Source: an uncultured bacterium (GTDB lineage Bacteria > Chlamydiota > Chlamydiia > Chlamydiales > SM23-39). From it: a stretch of 64,000 nt of DNA. Location of the stretch: contig CAYRJU010000006.1 in assembly GCA_964424735.1 (NCBI GenBank), positions 2,158 to 66,157 of the forward strand, given 5' to 3'. Of this stretch, positions 56,283 through 63,866 are shown piece by piece; position 1 is the first letter of the stretch; each line of letters starts with the position of its first letter. Under the pieces are notes generated by a model. The model worked only from the letters and a program-made list of their open reading frames with translations, had not been told where the DNA came from and did not search any database. Both the position numbers and the translations under genes were made by a program.

Positions 56283-56573
56283 TTAGGCTAGGCGAACTTC
56301 GAGTTGTCTTCCAAGGGCTAGTGCAGCCAAAATGAGAGATTTCAGACTGCAAGTCTTTCTGGGATCAAGTAGGCGATTGACCGCGGCTCTACTGGTCTTC
56401 ATTTTTTTAGCCAGTTGCGTCTTTGTCATTTTTTGTTTTTTAAGCTCTTGTTCCAATTGAAAAGCAATCACCCTCTTAACGGCCTCCTCATGACATTCTT
56501 CAAAGATACCCTCCTCTTTCAAGAAGTCTTCAAAATTGGATCCACGATGTTTGTTTTTCATGTCTTTATCCAT
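56283..56573 (-). CDS. XRE-family HTH antitoxin (HigA-like)
   Basis: The ATG at 56573 gives 'MDKDMKNK...'. The HTH is 'MTKTQLAKKMKTSRAAVNRLL'. The start overlaps the stop of the reconstructed toxin frame. Confidence 0.75.
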   Translation of the reverse strand: MDKDMKNKHRGSNFEDFLKEEGIFEECHEEAVKRVIAFQLEQELKKQKMTKTQLAKKMKTSRAAVNRLLDPRKTCSLKSLILAALALGRQLEVRLA

Positions 56574-56908
56574 ATTTTTTGGCTCTTTTCCTTGCAAGCT
56601 CCAAATCTTGAGTTGGTGTCTTAGAGGTCTTTTTTAGCATTGCATGCAGGAGCACCATCTCCCCATCTGACATAATGAAGAAGACCCGCGCTATTCCATT
56701 TGGGAGAGTAGAACGTATTTCCCATAAGCCACGGACCCATACTTCTCACAAGGGGCATTCCTAAAGGCCAACCAATCTGTACAGTCCTTAAATCCTTTCC
56801 TATAATCCTTCTCTCTTCTTTGTTCAAGGATTGGAACCATTCTTTTACTGGTTCGTTCCCGCTACCATCCTCTTTGAAAAAGACTACCGGGATCGGGAGA
56901 TGGATCAT
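56566..56908 (-). pseudogene. HigB/Gp49-like (RelE/ParE superfamily) toxin gene interrupted by a 1-nt insertion
   Basis: Frame 1 (56908-56732) gives 'MIHLPIPVVFFKEDGSGNEPVKEWFQSL..GWPLGMPLVRSMGP'. After an extra base at about 56731, the +1 frame (56730-56566) gives 'GLWEIRSTLPNGIARVFFIMSDGEMVLLHAMLKKTSKTPTQDLELARKRAKKYG*'. Joined, they make a canonical 113-aa toxin. Confidence 0.75.
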
Positions 56909-56936
56909 TGGCTCCTTATCGCTTTATAGAAAAAGA

Positions 56937-56954
56937 GTGTATCAAAATTGATAC
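56937..56954. promoter_or_regulatory. Palindrome upstream of the toxin-antitoxin operon (candidate autoregulatory operator)
   Basis: 'tgtatcaa-aa-ttgataca' has 8-bp perfect arms and lies 29-46 bp upstream of the toxin start at 56908. Confidence 0.45.
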
Positions 56955-57037
56955 ATTTGCACAAGCGAGATTTTGGTGCGCTCGCTTACAAAAAAGAGCA
57001 GCAGCAGTATAGACCCGTCGTTTGCAAATGGCCTCTA

Positions 57038-57703
57038 CTAAGCAGCAGTGGCGGCCATTCTTTGGGCTTTCAACTCTTTGAGGAGTTCGGTCACGCTTTC
57101 GAGAAGTCGTTCCTGCGATTCATTTTTGACCGTGATGACTTCTCCATTTTTCTCAATGGTTGCCCCAGTAGGTACTTCGAGGCGTATTGTATTGGTGTTA
57201 TTGTTGTGGATCGTGATCCCTGAAGGACTTTGCCAGTATTTGCGGAGGAAGTAAAGAGCTGTGAGCGCGACTCCGATTCCGGCAACAGAAGGAGCGTAGC
57301 TCCACACATGCCCCCAGGCAGTTCTAGCTGCAGAAAAAGCTCCGCTCGCTGCAGCACTACCCGCAGCATCTTCTGCCGCCATGCCGATCGCATCCACTGC
57401 TGCATTCCCAGCACCAGCTGCCACAAACGGCAGGCCGAAAGAGTGCCAAAGACTTGGGTGTGTTGAGGCTTTTGGATGACTTACGAAAGAGTTGGCAAGA
57501 GGCGCTATTTCTCGGGGAGTCGGAAGTTGTGGAAGAGTCTCGCGAGCGATGTTGGATACGGGAACGCTTGAAGTTCCGGTCGTTTCAACAGGAACGACTG
57601 GAACCTTTTTTCCACTCTGCGTCATGAGGTGATAAACTGCTTGTCCTACAGAAAATAACCCCCACAGTAGAGAATATTTTGGGGTTTTTACTGGATTTAC
57701 CAT
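57038..57703 (-). CDS. Hypothetical membrane protein (Ala/Gly-rich)
   Basis: The ATG at 57703 has 'ggagg' 7 nt upstream. The longer track ORF overlaps rfbB. 'FVAAGAGNAAVDAIGMAAEDAAGSAAASGAF' is followed by the TM segment 'SVAGIGVALTALYFL'. Confidence 0.45.
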   Translation of the reverse strand: MVNPVKTPKYSLLWGLFSVGQAVYHLMTQSGKKVPVVPVETTGTSSVPVSNIARETLPQLPTPREIAPLANSFVSHPKASTHPSLWHSFGLPFVAAGAGNAAVDAIGMAAEDAAGSAAASGAFSAARTAWGHVWSYAPSVAGIGVALTALYFLRKYWQSPSGITIHNNNTNTIRLEVPTGATIEKNGEVITVKNESQERLLESVTELLKELKAQRMAATAA

Positions 57704-57735
57704 CTGAAACCTCCGTTTGATTTTGGGAGCTATGA

Positions 57736-58743
57736 TTATGCCAGTAAGGAAGAGGGAGCGCAAGAGGTAGAAAATTGTTGAAAATACCACCGAATGGTTT
57801 TGGTTAACCCCTCTTTTAGAGCCACTTTCGGCTTCCACTTTAGCTCTCGTTCTATCTTAGTCGTATCGAGAGCGTAGCGAAAATCGTGACCCGGGCGATC
57901 TTGTACAAAGCGGATGAGAGAACGGTAATTTCCCGGCTGTTTTTGTTCGAGAAGATCGATGAGTAAATGGAGAAGCTCGAGATTGGAGAGTTCTGTTTTC
58001 CCCCCAATGTCATAGGTTTGCCCTTTTTTGCCCTCTTTCAAAATCAGCCAAATGGCCTCTGCATGATCATCTACATAGAGCCAATCGCGGATGTTGGCTC
58101 CCCTTCCATAGACAGGAAGCGGTTTTCCCTTTAGACAGTTGTGAATCATGAGAGGAATGAATTTTTCCACATTTTGACAAGGTCCATAATTGTTGCCGCA
58201 ATGAGAAAGGGTTGTCGATACCTGATAGGTTTGAGCAAAGGCTCTAATGAGATGATCGGAAGCTGCTTTGGAAGCTGCGTAGGGAGAATTGGGACGATAA
58301 GAAGAGTGCTCATTGAAAGTGCCACTTTCCCCTAAAGAACCATATACTTCATCTGTCGAAATATGATGAAAATGCAGGTGCGGAATCTTGCGAGCAGCTT
58401 CTAAAAGAGACAGCGTGCCTTTGACGTTTGTTTCAATGAAAGGATAGGCTGAAGCAATGCTCCGATCCACATGGGTTTCCGCTGCAAAATGGACGATCGT
58501 ATCGATCTCGTATTCTAAGAAGAGTTTTTCTACGAGCTGTTGATTGAGAATATTTCCCTGGATGAAGCGGTAGCGAGGATGGTCGTGGAACCCTTTTAAA
58601 AAAGATAGGTTTCCCGCATAGGTCAAAGCGTCAAAGTTGAGGATTTTTCCCTTAAAGTCGGGGTTTTTAAGCAAATAGCGGATGAAGGCAGAGCCGATGA
58701 ATCCCGCTCCTCCGGTTACAAATAGGCTGGCATTTGTTCGCAT
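57736..58743 (-). CDS. rfbB: dTDP-glucose 4,6-dehydratase
   Basis: 'LFVTGGAGFIGS', 'HFAAETHVDRS' and 'YAASKAASDHL' (YxxxK) are present. Confidence 0.92.
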   Translation of the reverse strand: MRTNASLFVTGGAGFIGSAFIRYLLKNPDFKGKILNFDALTYAGNLSFLKGFHDHPRYRFIQGNILNQQLVEKLFLEYEIDTIVHFAAETHVDRSIASAYPFIETNVKGTLSLLEAARKIPHLHFHHISTDEVYGSLGESGTFNEHSSYRPNSPYAASKAASDHLIRAFAQTYQVSTTLSHCGNNYGPCQNVEKFIPLMIHNCLKGKPLPVYGRGANIRDWLYVDDHAEAIWLILKEGKKGQTYDIGGKTELSNLELLHLLIDLLEQKQPGNYRSLIRFVQDRPGHDFRYALDTTKIERELKWKPKVALKEGLTKTIRWYFQQFSTSCAPSSLLA

Positions 58744-59552
58744 AGAAAGTCCTTGAGTGCTTCTCTCCAATGTCTTAACTGTAAAAAACGCTCTATTTTC
58801 GTCGTATCCAAAGCAGAATAGGTAGGTCTTAGAACGGGAAAGGCCGCACTCGGTGTAGGAATGAGAGTATGAGTCTTGATGGAGTAGCCCATAGAAGAGG
58901 CCTCTTCTCGCATGGCAAGTCCAAATTCATGTCTCGTCGTCACCCCAATGTTCGCAAACTGATAGAGTCCTTCTTGAAAAAGCATTTGCAAAATGGCCTC
59001 CGCCAGATCAGGCGCATAGGTAAATCTGCCCCACTGATCGCTCACGAGCCGCACCTCTTCTTCTGTCTGCAACATTTTCAAGAGGTTGGACACAAAGTTT
59101 TTGCCTCTGCTCCCAAAAAGCCAAGAAGTGCGGATCACGAGAGCTCCTCTTTGAAGCGCCCTTTCTTCTCCTTCTAACTTCGTCTTTCCATAGTGATTCA
59201 AAGGATGAGTCGGATCTTCTTCGGTGAGTAGCTTATTCCTTTTCCCATCAAATACGTAATCGGTCGAGATATGGATGAGTTTGGCCCCCATTTCCTTGGC
59301 CACAATGGCTAAATTCTCAGGTCCTACAGCATTGGCGAGATAGGCCTCTTCCCGAAAGTTTTCTGCCGCATCGACCCCTGAAAAAGCAGCGCAGTTGATG
59401 ATGTGTGAAATCAAGGGATGTTTTCGAGCAAAATGTCTCAATGCATTCAAGTCAGAAATATCCACTTCGCGGCCCGTTTGGACGCTTTTCTCTCGACACT
59501 TTGCGAGAAGCGCCGAGCCCAATAGACCTTTATTACCTGTGACCCAAAGCAC
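58716..59552 (-). CDS. rfbD: dTDP-4-dehydrorhamnose reductase
   Basis: 'MLWVTGNKGLLGSAL', 'IINCAAFSGVDAAE', 'HISTDYVFDG' and 'YGKTKLEGE' are present. Confidence 0.9.
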   Translation of the reverse strand: MLWVTGNKGLLGSALLAKCREKSVQTGREVDISDLNALRHFARKHPLISHIINCAAFSGVDAAENFREEAYLANAVGPENLAIVAKEMGAKLIHISTDYVFDGKRNKLLTEEDPTHPLNHYGKTKLEGEERALQRGALVIRTSWLFGSRGKNFVSNLLKMLQTEEEVRLVSDQWGRFTYAPDLAEAILQMLFQEGLYQFANIGVTTRHEFGLAMREEASSMGYSIKTHTLIPTPSAAFPVLRPTYSALDTTKIERFLQLRHWREALKDFLCEQMPAYL

Positions 59553-60078
59553 ACATCACCTCTTTAAAGAAAGGGCTTTCTCGATCCCTTGGCGATAGGA
59601 TCGGGTTCTGGATGGGCCAGGCCACTTTCAAGTCTGGATCGTTCCAGCGAATTGTTTTTTCTGTTTTTGGATCGTAAGGAGAGCTCACTTTATAAGTGAC
59701 AAGAGCTGTTTGACTGAGTACGCAAAGTCCATGGGCAAATCCAACGGGAATATAAAACTGCTGGAGAGTCTGGCCGTTCAAAATCACCGCCTCCCACTGC
59801 ATAAAAGTTGGAGAATCGGGGCGAAGATCCACTGCTACATCCCAAATTTCCCCTGCAAGACAGCTCACGAGTTTCGCTTGGCCGACCTCCGATTGAAAAT
59901 GGAGAGCTCGAATGGTGTTTTGATGGGAAAAAGAGATATTGTCTTGAACAAAAGGTCCTATCTCTTCTCTGAGATATTCTTCTTTTCGGTAACTCTCAAA
60001 AAAATACCCTCTCTCATCCGTAAATACTTTGGGGCAGATCAGTTTGAGCCCTGCAATTTTAAGCGGTTTTATTTGCAT
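59533..60078 (-). CDS. rfbC: dTDP-4-dehydrorhamnose 3,5-epimerase
   Basis: 'FTDERGYFFESY', 'IRALHFQ' and 'FYIPVGFAHG' are present. Confidence 0.92.
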   Translation of the reverse strand: MQIKPLKIAGLKLICPKVFTDERGYFFESYRKEEYLREEIGPFVQDNISFSHQNTIRALHFQSEVGQAKLVSCLAGEIWDVAVDLRPDSPTFMQWEAVILNGQTLQQFYIPVGFAHGLCVLSQTALVTYKVSSPYDPKTEKTIRWNDPDLKVAWPIQNPILSPRDRESPFFKEVMCALGHR

Positions 60079-60100
60079 GCAGGGACTATTGTTCAGGATT

Positions 60101-60892
60101 TTAGCCTTTCAATGCAACGATTGTTCCATGTCTACCCGTATCTTTTTCTCTCCGATAAGAAAAATAGTCTTTCTCATGACAAAAGGTACAGATCTCTGAA
60201 ATTTCGATATTCTTATCCAAAATTCCGAGAGCATTGAGCTGTTTTCTTGCAATATTCCACAAATTGAAATAGTTGGGTTTGACCTGGAAAGACCAAAATT
60301 CCTGTGGAAATTCCTGTTTATAGTTTTTAAATTCAGAATGATCGGGTCCTAGAGAAGGAGCGATGCAAACGATGAGATTTTGGGGCTGCGTCCCGATCTC
60401 CCGTTGCATGGCTTCCAATGTCCGCGCGTAGATGTTTTGGGTCAGCCCTCTCCAACCGGCATGGACGACTCCAATTGCCTCATGCACGGGATCATAATAG
60501 ATAGCTGCTTGGCAATCGGCGTGAGCCACACCAATCGCAATATTTTTTTCTGTCGTATACAGCGCATCAGCTTGGGCTGTTTTGTCTATATTTTTGGAGG
60601 TGATTCTCGCAACGGCTGCTCCATGAGTCTGATGGGGAAAGATGAGTTTGGGTACATTGATGGCTTTGCGCACTAATTCTCGATTGGCTTGATAGCATTC
60701 GGGGCGATCGCTCGTTCCATTTCCCAAATTGAGAGTGGCATAGGGCCCCTTACTCACACCACCAGGTCTCAAAAAGACTCCATGAGCAATATGTGGATAA
60801 GACTCCAAGAGATCGAATTCGAGCCATTCCATTTTTGCTTGATCAAACTCCATGTTTCCTCTAGTGAACAGTCCTTCCATACTATCTACCAA
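60101..60892 (-). CDS. pgeF: YfiH/PgeF (DUF152, laccase-domain) peptidoglycan editing factor family
   Basis: 'PHQTHGAAV', 'ADALYT', 'GVAHADCQAAIYYDP' and 'GVVHAGWRG' are present. Confidence 0.88.
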   Translation of the reverse strand: MVDSMEGLFTRGNMEFDQAKMEWLEFDLLESYPHIAHGVFLRPGGVSKGPYATLNLGNGTSDRPECYQANRELVRKAINVPKLIFPHQTHGAAVARITSKNIDKTAQADALYTTEKNIAIGVAHADCQAAIYYDPVHEAIGVVHAGWRGLTQNIYARTLEAMQREIGTQPQNLIVCIAPSLGPDHSEFKNYKQEFPQEFWSFQVKPNYFNLWNIARKQLNALGILDKNIEISEICTFCHEKDYFSYRREKDTGRHGTIVALKG

Positions 60893-60920
60893 AATCCGAA
60901 TTCAGATAATATAAAAATCG

Positions 60921-61847
60921 ATGGGACACGAAGAAAGACCTCCTCGCCTCACTCTTGGAATTTCTATTTCACTCATTGCCTACATCTTTTTCGTCACGGC
61001 AAGCTCTATCGTCTGGAGCTTTAAACAGGTTTTTCCCACCATTCAGATCATCTTTTTTCAAAATTTCATCAGCCTGATCTGCATTCTTCCCCTCGCCTTG
61101 AGACAGGGTTTAGGAAGATTGAAGACCGATATCCTTTCGATCCATCTCCTGCGCGATGTAACTGGCGTCTTGAGTTACTATCTCTATTTTGTCGCGATCC
61201 GCTACCTCAATCTCGTCGACGCCACCACCTTGAATTATACAGCTCCCTTCTTTGTGCCCATCATTTGGTGGATCTGGATGAGGGAAAAAATTGATCTTCA
61301 CGTCTGGTGGTCGATCATCGTCGGCTTTATTGGAGTGGCTGTCATTTTGAATCCGACCCGGCAAATCTTCCAGGAAGGTTTTGTGTTTGGGCTCTCTGCA
61401 GGGATTCTCTCGGCCATCGCCTTTGCTTCACTGCGCATTCTCAATCTGAATAAAGAGCCGATGAGCCGCACTCTCTTTTATTACTTTCTCTTTGGAACCC
61501 TTTTCAGCGCCCCTTTTGCCTATATCTATTGGGTGCATCCATCAGGTCTTCAGTGGGCCAAGGTCATCGGGGTCGGCCTAGCAACCGTGACGGCGCAAAT
61601 GCTCCTCACAATCGCCTACCGCTATGGCACGGCTTCTTTCCTCTCTCCGCTTGGCTATTCTACCGTGATCTATGCAGGAATCAGTAGTTGGCTCTTGTTC
61701 AATATCCCTCCCGGAATTCGCTCCATCATTGGCACAATTCTGATCATTTTGGGAGGAACAATGACCTATCTCCTAAAGAAAAAGCCAGAAAAACTCGCAG
61801 AAACTTTTCAAGTCCCCGATCCGAAAGAAAAACCACCACCGTTATAG
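60921..61847 (+). CDS. DMT-superfamily (EamA-like) transporter
   Basis: 308 aa with about 10 TM segments and a duplicated EamA-type architecture. Confidence 0.75.
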   Translation: MGHEERPPRLTLGISISLIAYIFFVTASSIVWSFKQVFPTIQIIFFQNFISLICILPLALRQGLGRLKTDILSIHLLRDVTGVLSYYLYFVAIRYLNLVDATTLNYTAPFFVPIIWWIWMREKIDLHVWWSIIVGFIGVAVILNPTRQIFQEGFVFGLSAGILSAIAFASLRILNLNKEPMSRTLFYYFLFGTLFSAPFAYIYWVHPSGLQWAKVIGVGLATVTAQMLLTIAYRYGTASFLSPLGYSTVIYAGISSWLLFNIPPGIRSIIGTILIILGGTMTYLLKKKPEKLAETFQVPDPKEKPPPL

Positions 61848-61887
61848 AGAGAAATTTACAGCAGAACTGTTTCGATAGAAAAAACAA

Positions 61888-61984
61888 AACAGGATATGCA
61901 GGATCGCTTTGCGGCAGGATATACAGGATAGAAAATTTTAGTATCTTGCATATCCTGCCGCAAAGCGATCCTGCATATCCTGTT
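61888..61984. repeat. 97-bp hairpin with 35-bp perfect stem between convergent genes (terminator-like but unusually long)
   Basis: The 61888-61922 arm 'aacaggatatgcaggatcgctttgcggcaggatat' is the exact reverse complement of the 61950-61984 arm. The loop is 27 nt. Confidence 0.9.
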
Positions 61985-62004
61985 ATTCTATCTCGACTTG
62001 GGTT

Positions 62005-62259
62005 TTAATCGACAGTTTGCATGGATCTTTTGGCTGCGCTCACTCGATTGAGGGTAGTCTCTGCACCCTTTTCCATCGATCTTTTGGCTGCGCTCTTTCG
62101 CTTTTCTTGTTTGGGGGCTTGATTCTGCTGAGCTTCGGCATTCTCTGCTGTGACCTGTGTCGAGGGAACCTCCCGAACCTCTTTTCTCGGGAATTGCCCC
62201 GCCATACAGAGGAGGGCTGCCAGACTCAATAAACTGAATTTAGAAAGTGTTTGATTCAT
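62005..62259 (-). CDS. Small secreted protein with internal 'SAAKRSM' repeat
   Basis: Signal peptide 'MNQTLSKFSLLSLAALLCMAG'. The 18-nt direct repeat 'gatcttttggctgcgctc' occurs at 62024 and 62078. Confidence 0.45.
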   Translation of the reverse strand: MNQTLSKFSLLSLAALLCMAGQFPRKEVREVPSTQVTAENAEAQQNQAPKQEKRKSAAKRSMEKGAETTLNRVSAAKRSMQTVD

Positions 62260-62284
62260 GGGGTCTTTATCCTTTTAAGTATCT

Positions 62285-62458
62285 GAACCTATCCAAGTAA
62301 AATTTGGGGGGAATTTTTAGCGTGAAAGCTCCGTAGAATCGGAGGTAGCAAGTTAACCCGTATTGAATTAATACGAATTAACTTGCGAGCTTTCGCGTAT
62401 CGTCGATTCTACGGGCTTTGACGCAAAAATCACCCCCAACTTTTACTTGGATAGGTTC
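62285..62458. repeat. 174-bp imperfect palindrome (long hairpin / MITE-like element)
   Basis: The outer arms 'gaacctatccaagtaaaa' (62285-62302) and 'ttttacttggataggttc' (62441-62458) pair perfectly over 18 bp. Inner complementary blocks are 'ccgtagaatcg'/'cgattctacgg' and 'gcaagttaa'/'ttaacttgc'. One arm carries an asymmetric bulge. Confidence 0.85.
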
Positions 62459-62535
62459 CTATTCCGCACACTACAAAAGACTCCCCACAAATTTCAATAT
62501 GTTTTTAAACTGCGCTTTTTGTAGTATATAAGGAC

Positions 62536-62967
62536 ATGTATCGATTTCTTTTGTTTACGCTCTTCTTTGTCAATACTCTTATCGGAGGAGAAGAGTACTC
62601 CTTTCGAGGAAACCATTTCTTGGCCAGTTATTTAAATTGCGACCGTCTAGCTCTAAGCAATTTGGAAAAACTGATCGAAACCATGGATCAAGCAGTCGCT
62701 GCCTCACGAGCTACCGTTCTCGATAAAGTCACCTATGTATTTCCCCCCAATGGCCTCGCTCTTGTCTATCTTCTATCAGAAGGCCACGCCAGCCTCCATA
62801 CGTATCCAGAATATGGCCACTGCTTCATCGATCTATTCACCTGTGGAGATCTTTGCACATCGAAAAAATTCCACGAGGTTTTAATCGAATATCTGAAGCC
62901 CAATGAGGTCAGCGAAAAAACCTTCTTGCGCGACCGTACCGTCGAAGAAATCCCCTTTCCCCGATGA
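62536..62967 (+). CDS. S-adenosylmethionine decarboxylase (SpeH/class 1 AdoMetDC)-fold protein with signal-anchor and Ser->Gly at the self-processing site
   Basis: 'LVYLLSEGHASLHTYPEYGHCFIDLFTCG' aligns to the SpeH/SpeD '[28 protein letters not shown]'. The pyruvoyl-forming Ser of 'ES' is Gly here. The N-terminal 'MYRFLLFTLFFVNTLIG' is hydrophobic. Confidence 0.7.
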   Translation: MYRFLLFTLFFVNTLIGGEEYSFRGNHFLASYLNCDRLALSNLEKLIETMDQAVAASRATVLDKVTYVFPPNGLALVYLLSEGHASLHTYPEYGHCFIDLFTCGDLCTSKKFHEVLIEYLKPNEVSEKTFLRDRTVEEIPFPR

Positions 62968-63809
62968 AAAAGCTGGTTATTTTACCCCTCTTGTTGCTCT
63001 TCTGCGTAAGCGTTGGCCAAGTCCTCTATTTTGTAAAAGATGGATTCAGTCCGCGTAGAATTCAGAGTTTAGCCCATTTTGCCAATGAAGAGTGGAACGA
63101 GGAAGTGAAAGCTGCTCTCAAACAAACGTTTCGCTATCTCGGTAGAGGAAGACAATGCTTTGCCTTTGCGAGCGCTGATGGGAAGTATGTGCTCAAATTC
63201 CCGCGGACAGATATTTATAAAACCCCTCTTTGGGTCAAGAGTTTGCCCGTTTCTACTTATCGAAAAAACCTAGAAGCAGACCATAAGGAAAGAGAAGAAT
63301 TCATTCTGGATAGCTTGCGCATCTCCTTTCAGGAACTCAAAGAGCAAACAGGACTGCTCGCCATCCATCTAGGGCAAAGCGAGAGCCGCCAATTCCTCAA
63401 GGTGATTGACGCCTCTGGCTATCTTCATTCTCTACCTTTAGGAAAAACCTCTTTTGTTCTCCAAACCAAACACCCCATCTTGATGCGAACCTTTTCAGAA
63501 GCTCTCAATCGAAAAGATCTACGAGAAGCAAAAAAAATCCTAGACGCGCTTCTTCACGCAATCCTCGAGAGGGCCCGTAAGGGAATCCTCAATCGAGACC
63601 GCTCTTTTTTGAGAAATTACGGTTTCGATGGAACGAGCGCTTACCAAATCGATGTCGGCAGCTTCTTCAAAAGAGCCGACTTATCCCAAAAAGCCGCCTT
63701 CGAAAAATCGGCACGTGACTCCCTAGACCCTATCCAAGAATGGCTCGCCCAAAATGCCCCTGAATTACTGGATTATTTTAATAATCAGATAAAAGAAAAT
63801 TTATTATAA
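62964..63809 (+). CDS. Signal-anchored hypothetical protein with protein-kinase-like motif pattern
   Basis: The start overlaps the upstream stop (ATGA). N-terminal TM segment 'LVILPLLLLFCVSVG'. Kinase-like elements: Gly-rich 'YLGRGRQCFAF', 'KYVLKFPR', 'GILNRDRSFLRNYGF' and 'YQIDVGSF' (DFG-like). The kinase-fold call is inference. Confidence 0.4.
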   Translation: MKKLVILPLLLLFCVSVGQVLYFVKDGFSPRRIQSLAHFANEEWNEEVKAALKQTFRYLGRGRQCFAFASADGKYVLKFPRTDIYKTPLWVKSLPVSTYRKNLEADHKEREEFILDSLRISFQELKEQTGLLAIHLGQSESRQFLKVIDASGYLHSLPLGKTSFVLQTKHPILMRTFSEALNRKDLREAKKILDALLHAILERARKGILNRDRSFLRNYGFDGTSAYQIDVGSFFKRADLSQKAAFEKSARDSLDPIQEWLAQNAPELLDYFNNQIKENLL

Positions 63810-63866
63810 CGTATTAATTCATTTTAGTATTATAATAGAAGTTTATTACAACTAAAGACGTTTTAT

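Noticed and set aside
56980-57010. Short inverted repeat 'aagcgag...ctcgctt' after the 57038 gene, considered as an intrinsic terminator
   Set aside because: The 7-bp stem has an 11-nt loop, and the U-run would lie on the wrong side for the minus-strand gene. The evidence is too weak to annotate.
59710-60237. 175-aa + strand ORF spanning the rfbC/pgeF junction
   Set aside because: It is antisense to two well-supported minus-strand genes and has no motif.
61888-61984. Hairpin considered as a tRNA or other small structured RNA gene
   Set aside because: It is a single perfect 35-bp stem with no cloverleaf arms and no T-loop (GTTCRA) motif. I saw no tRNA-like sequence anywhere in the window.
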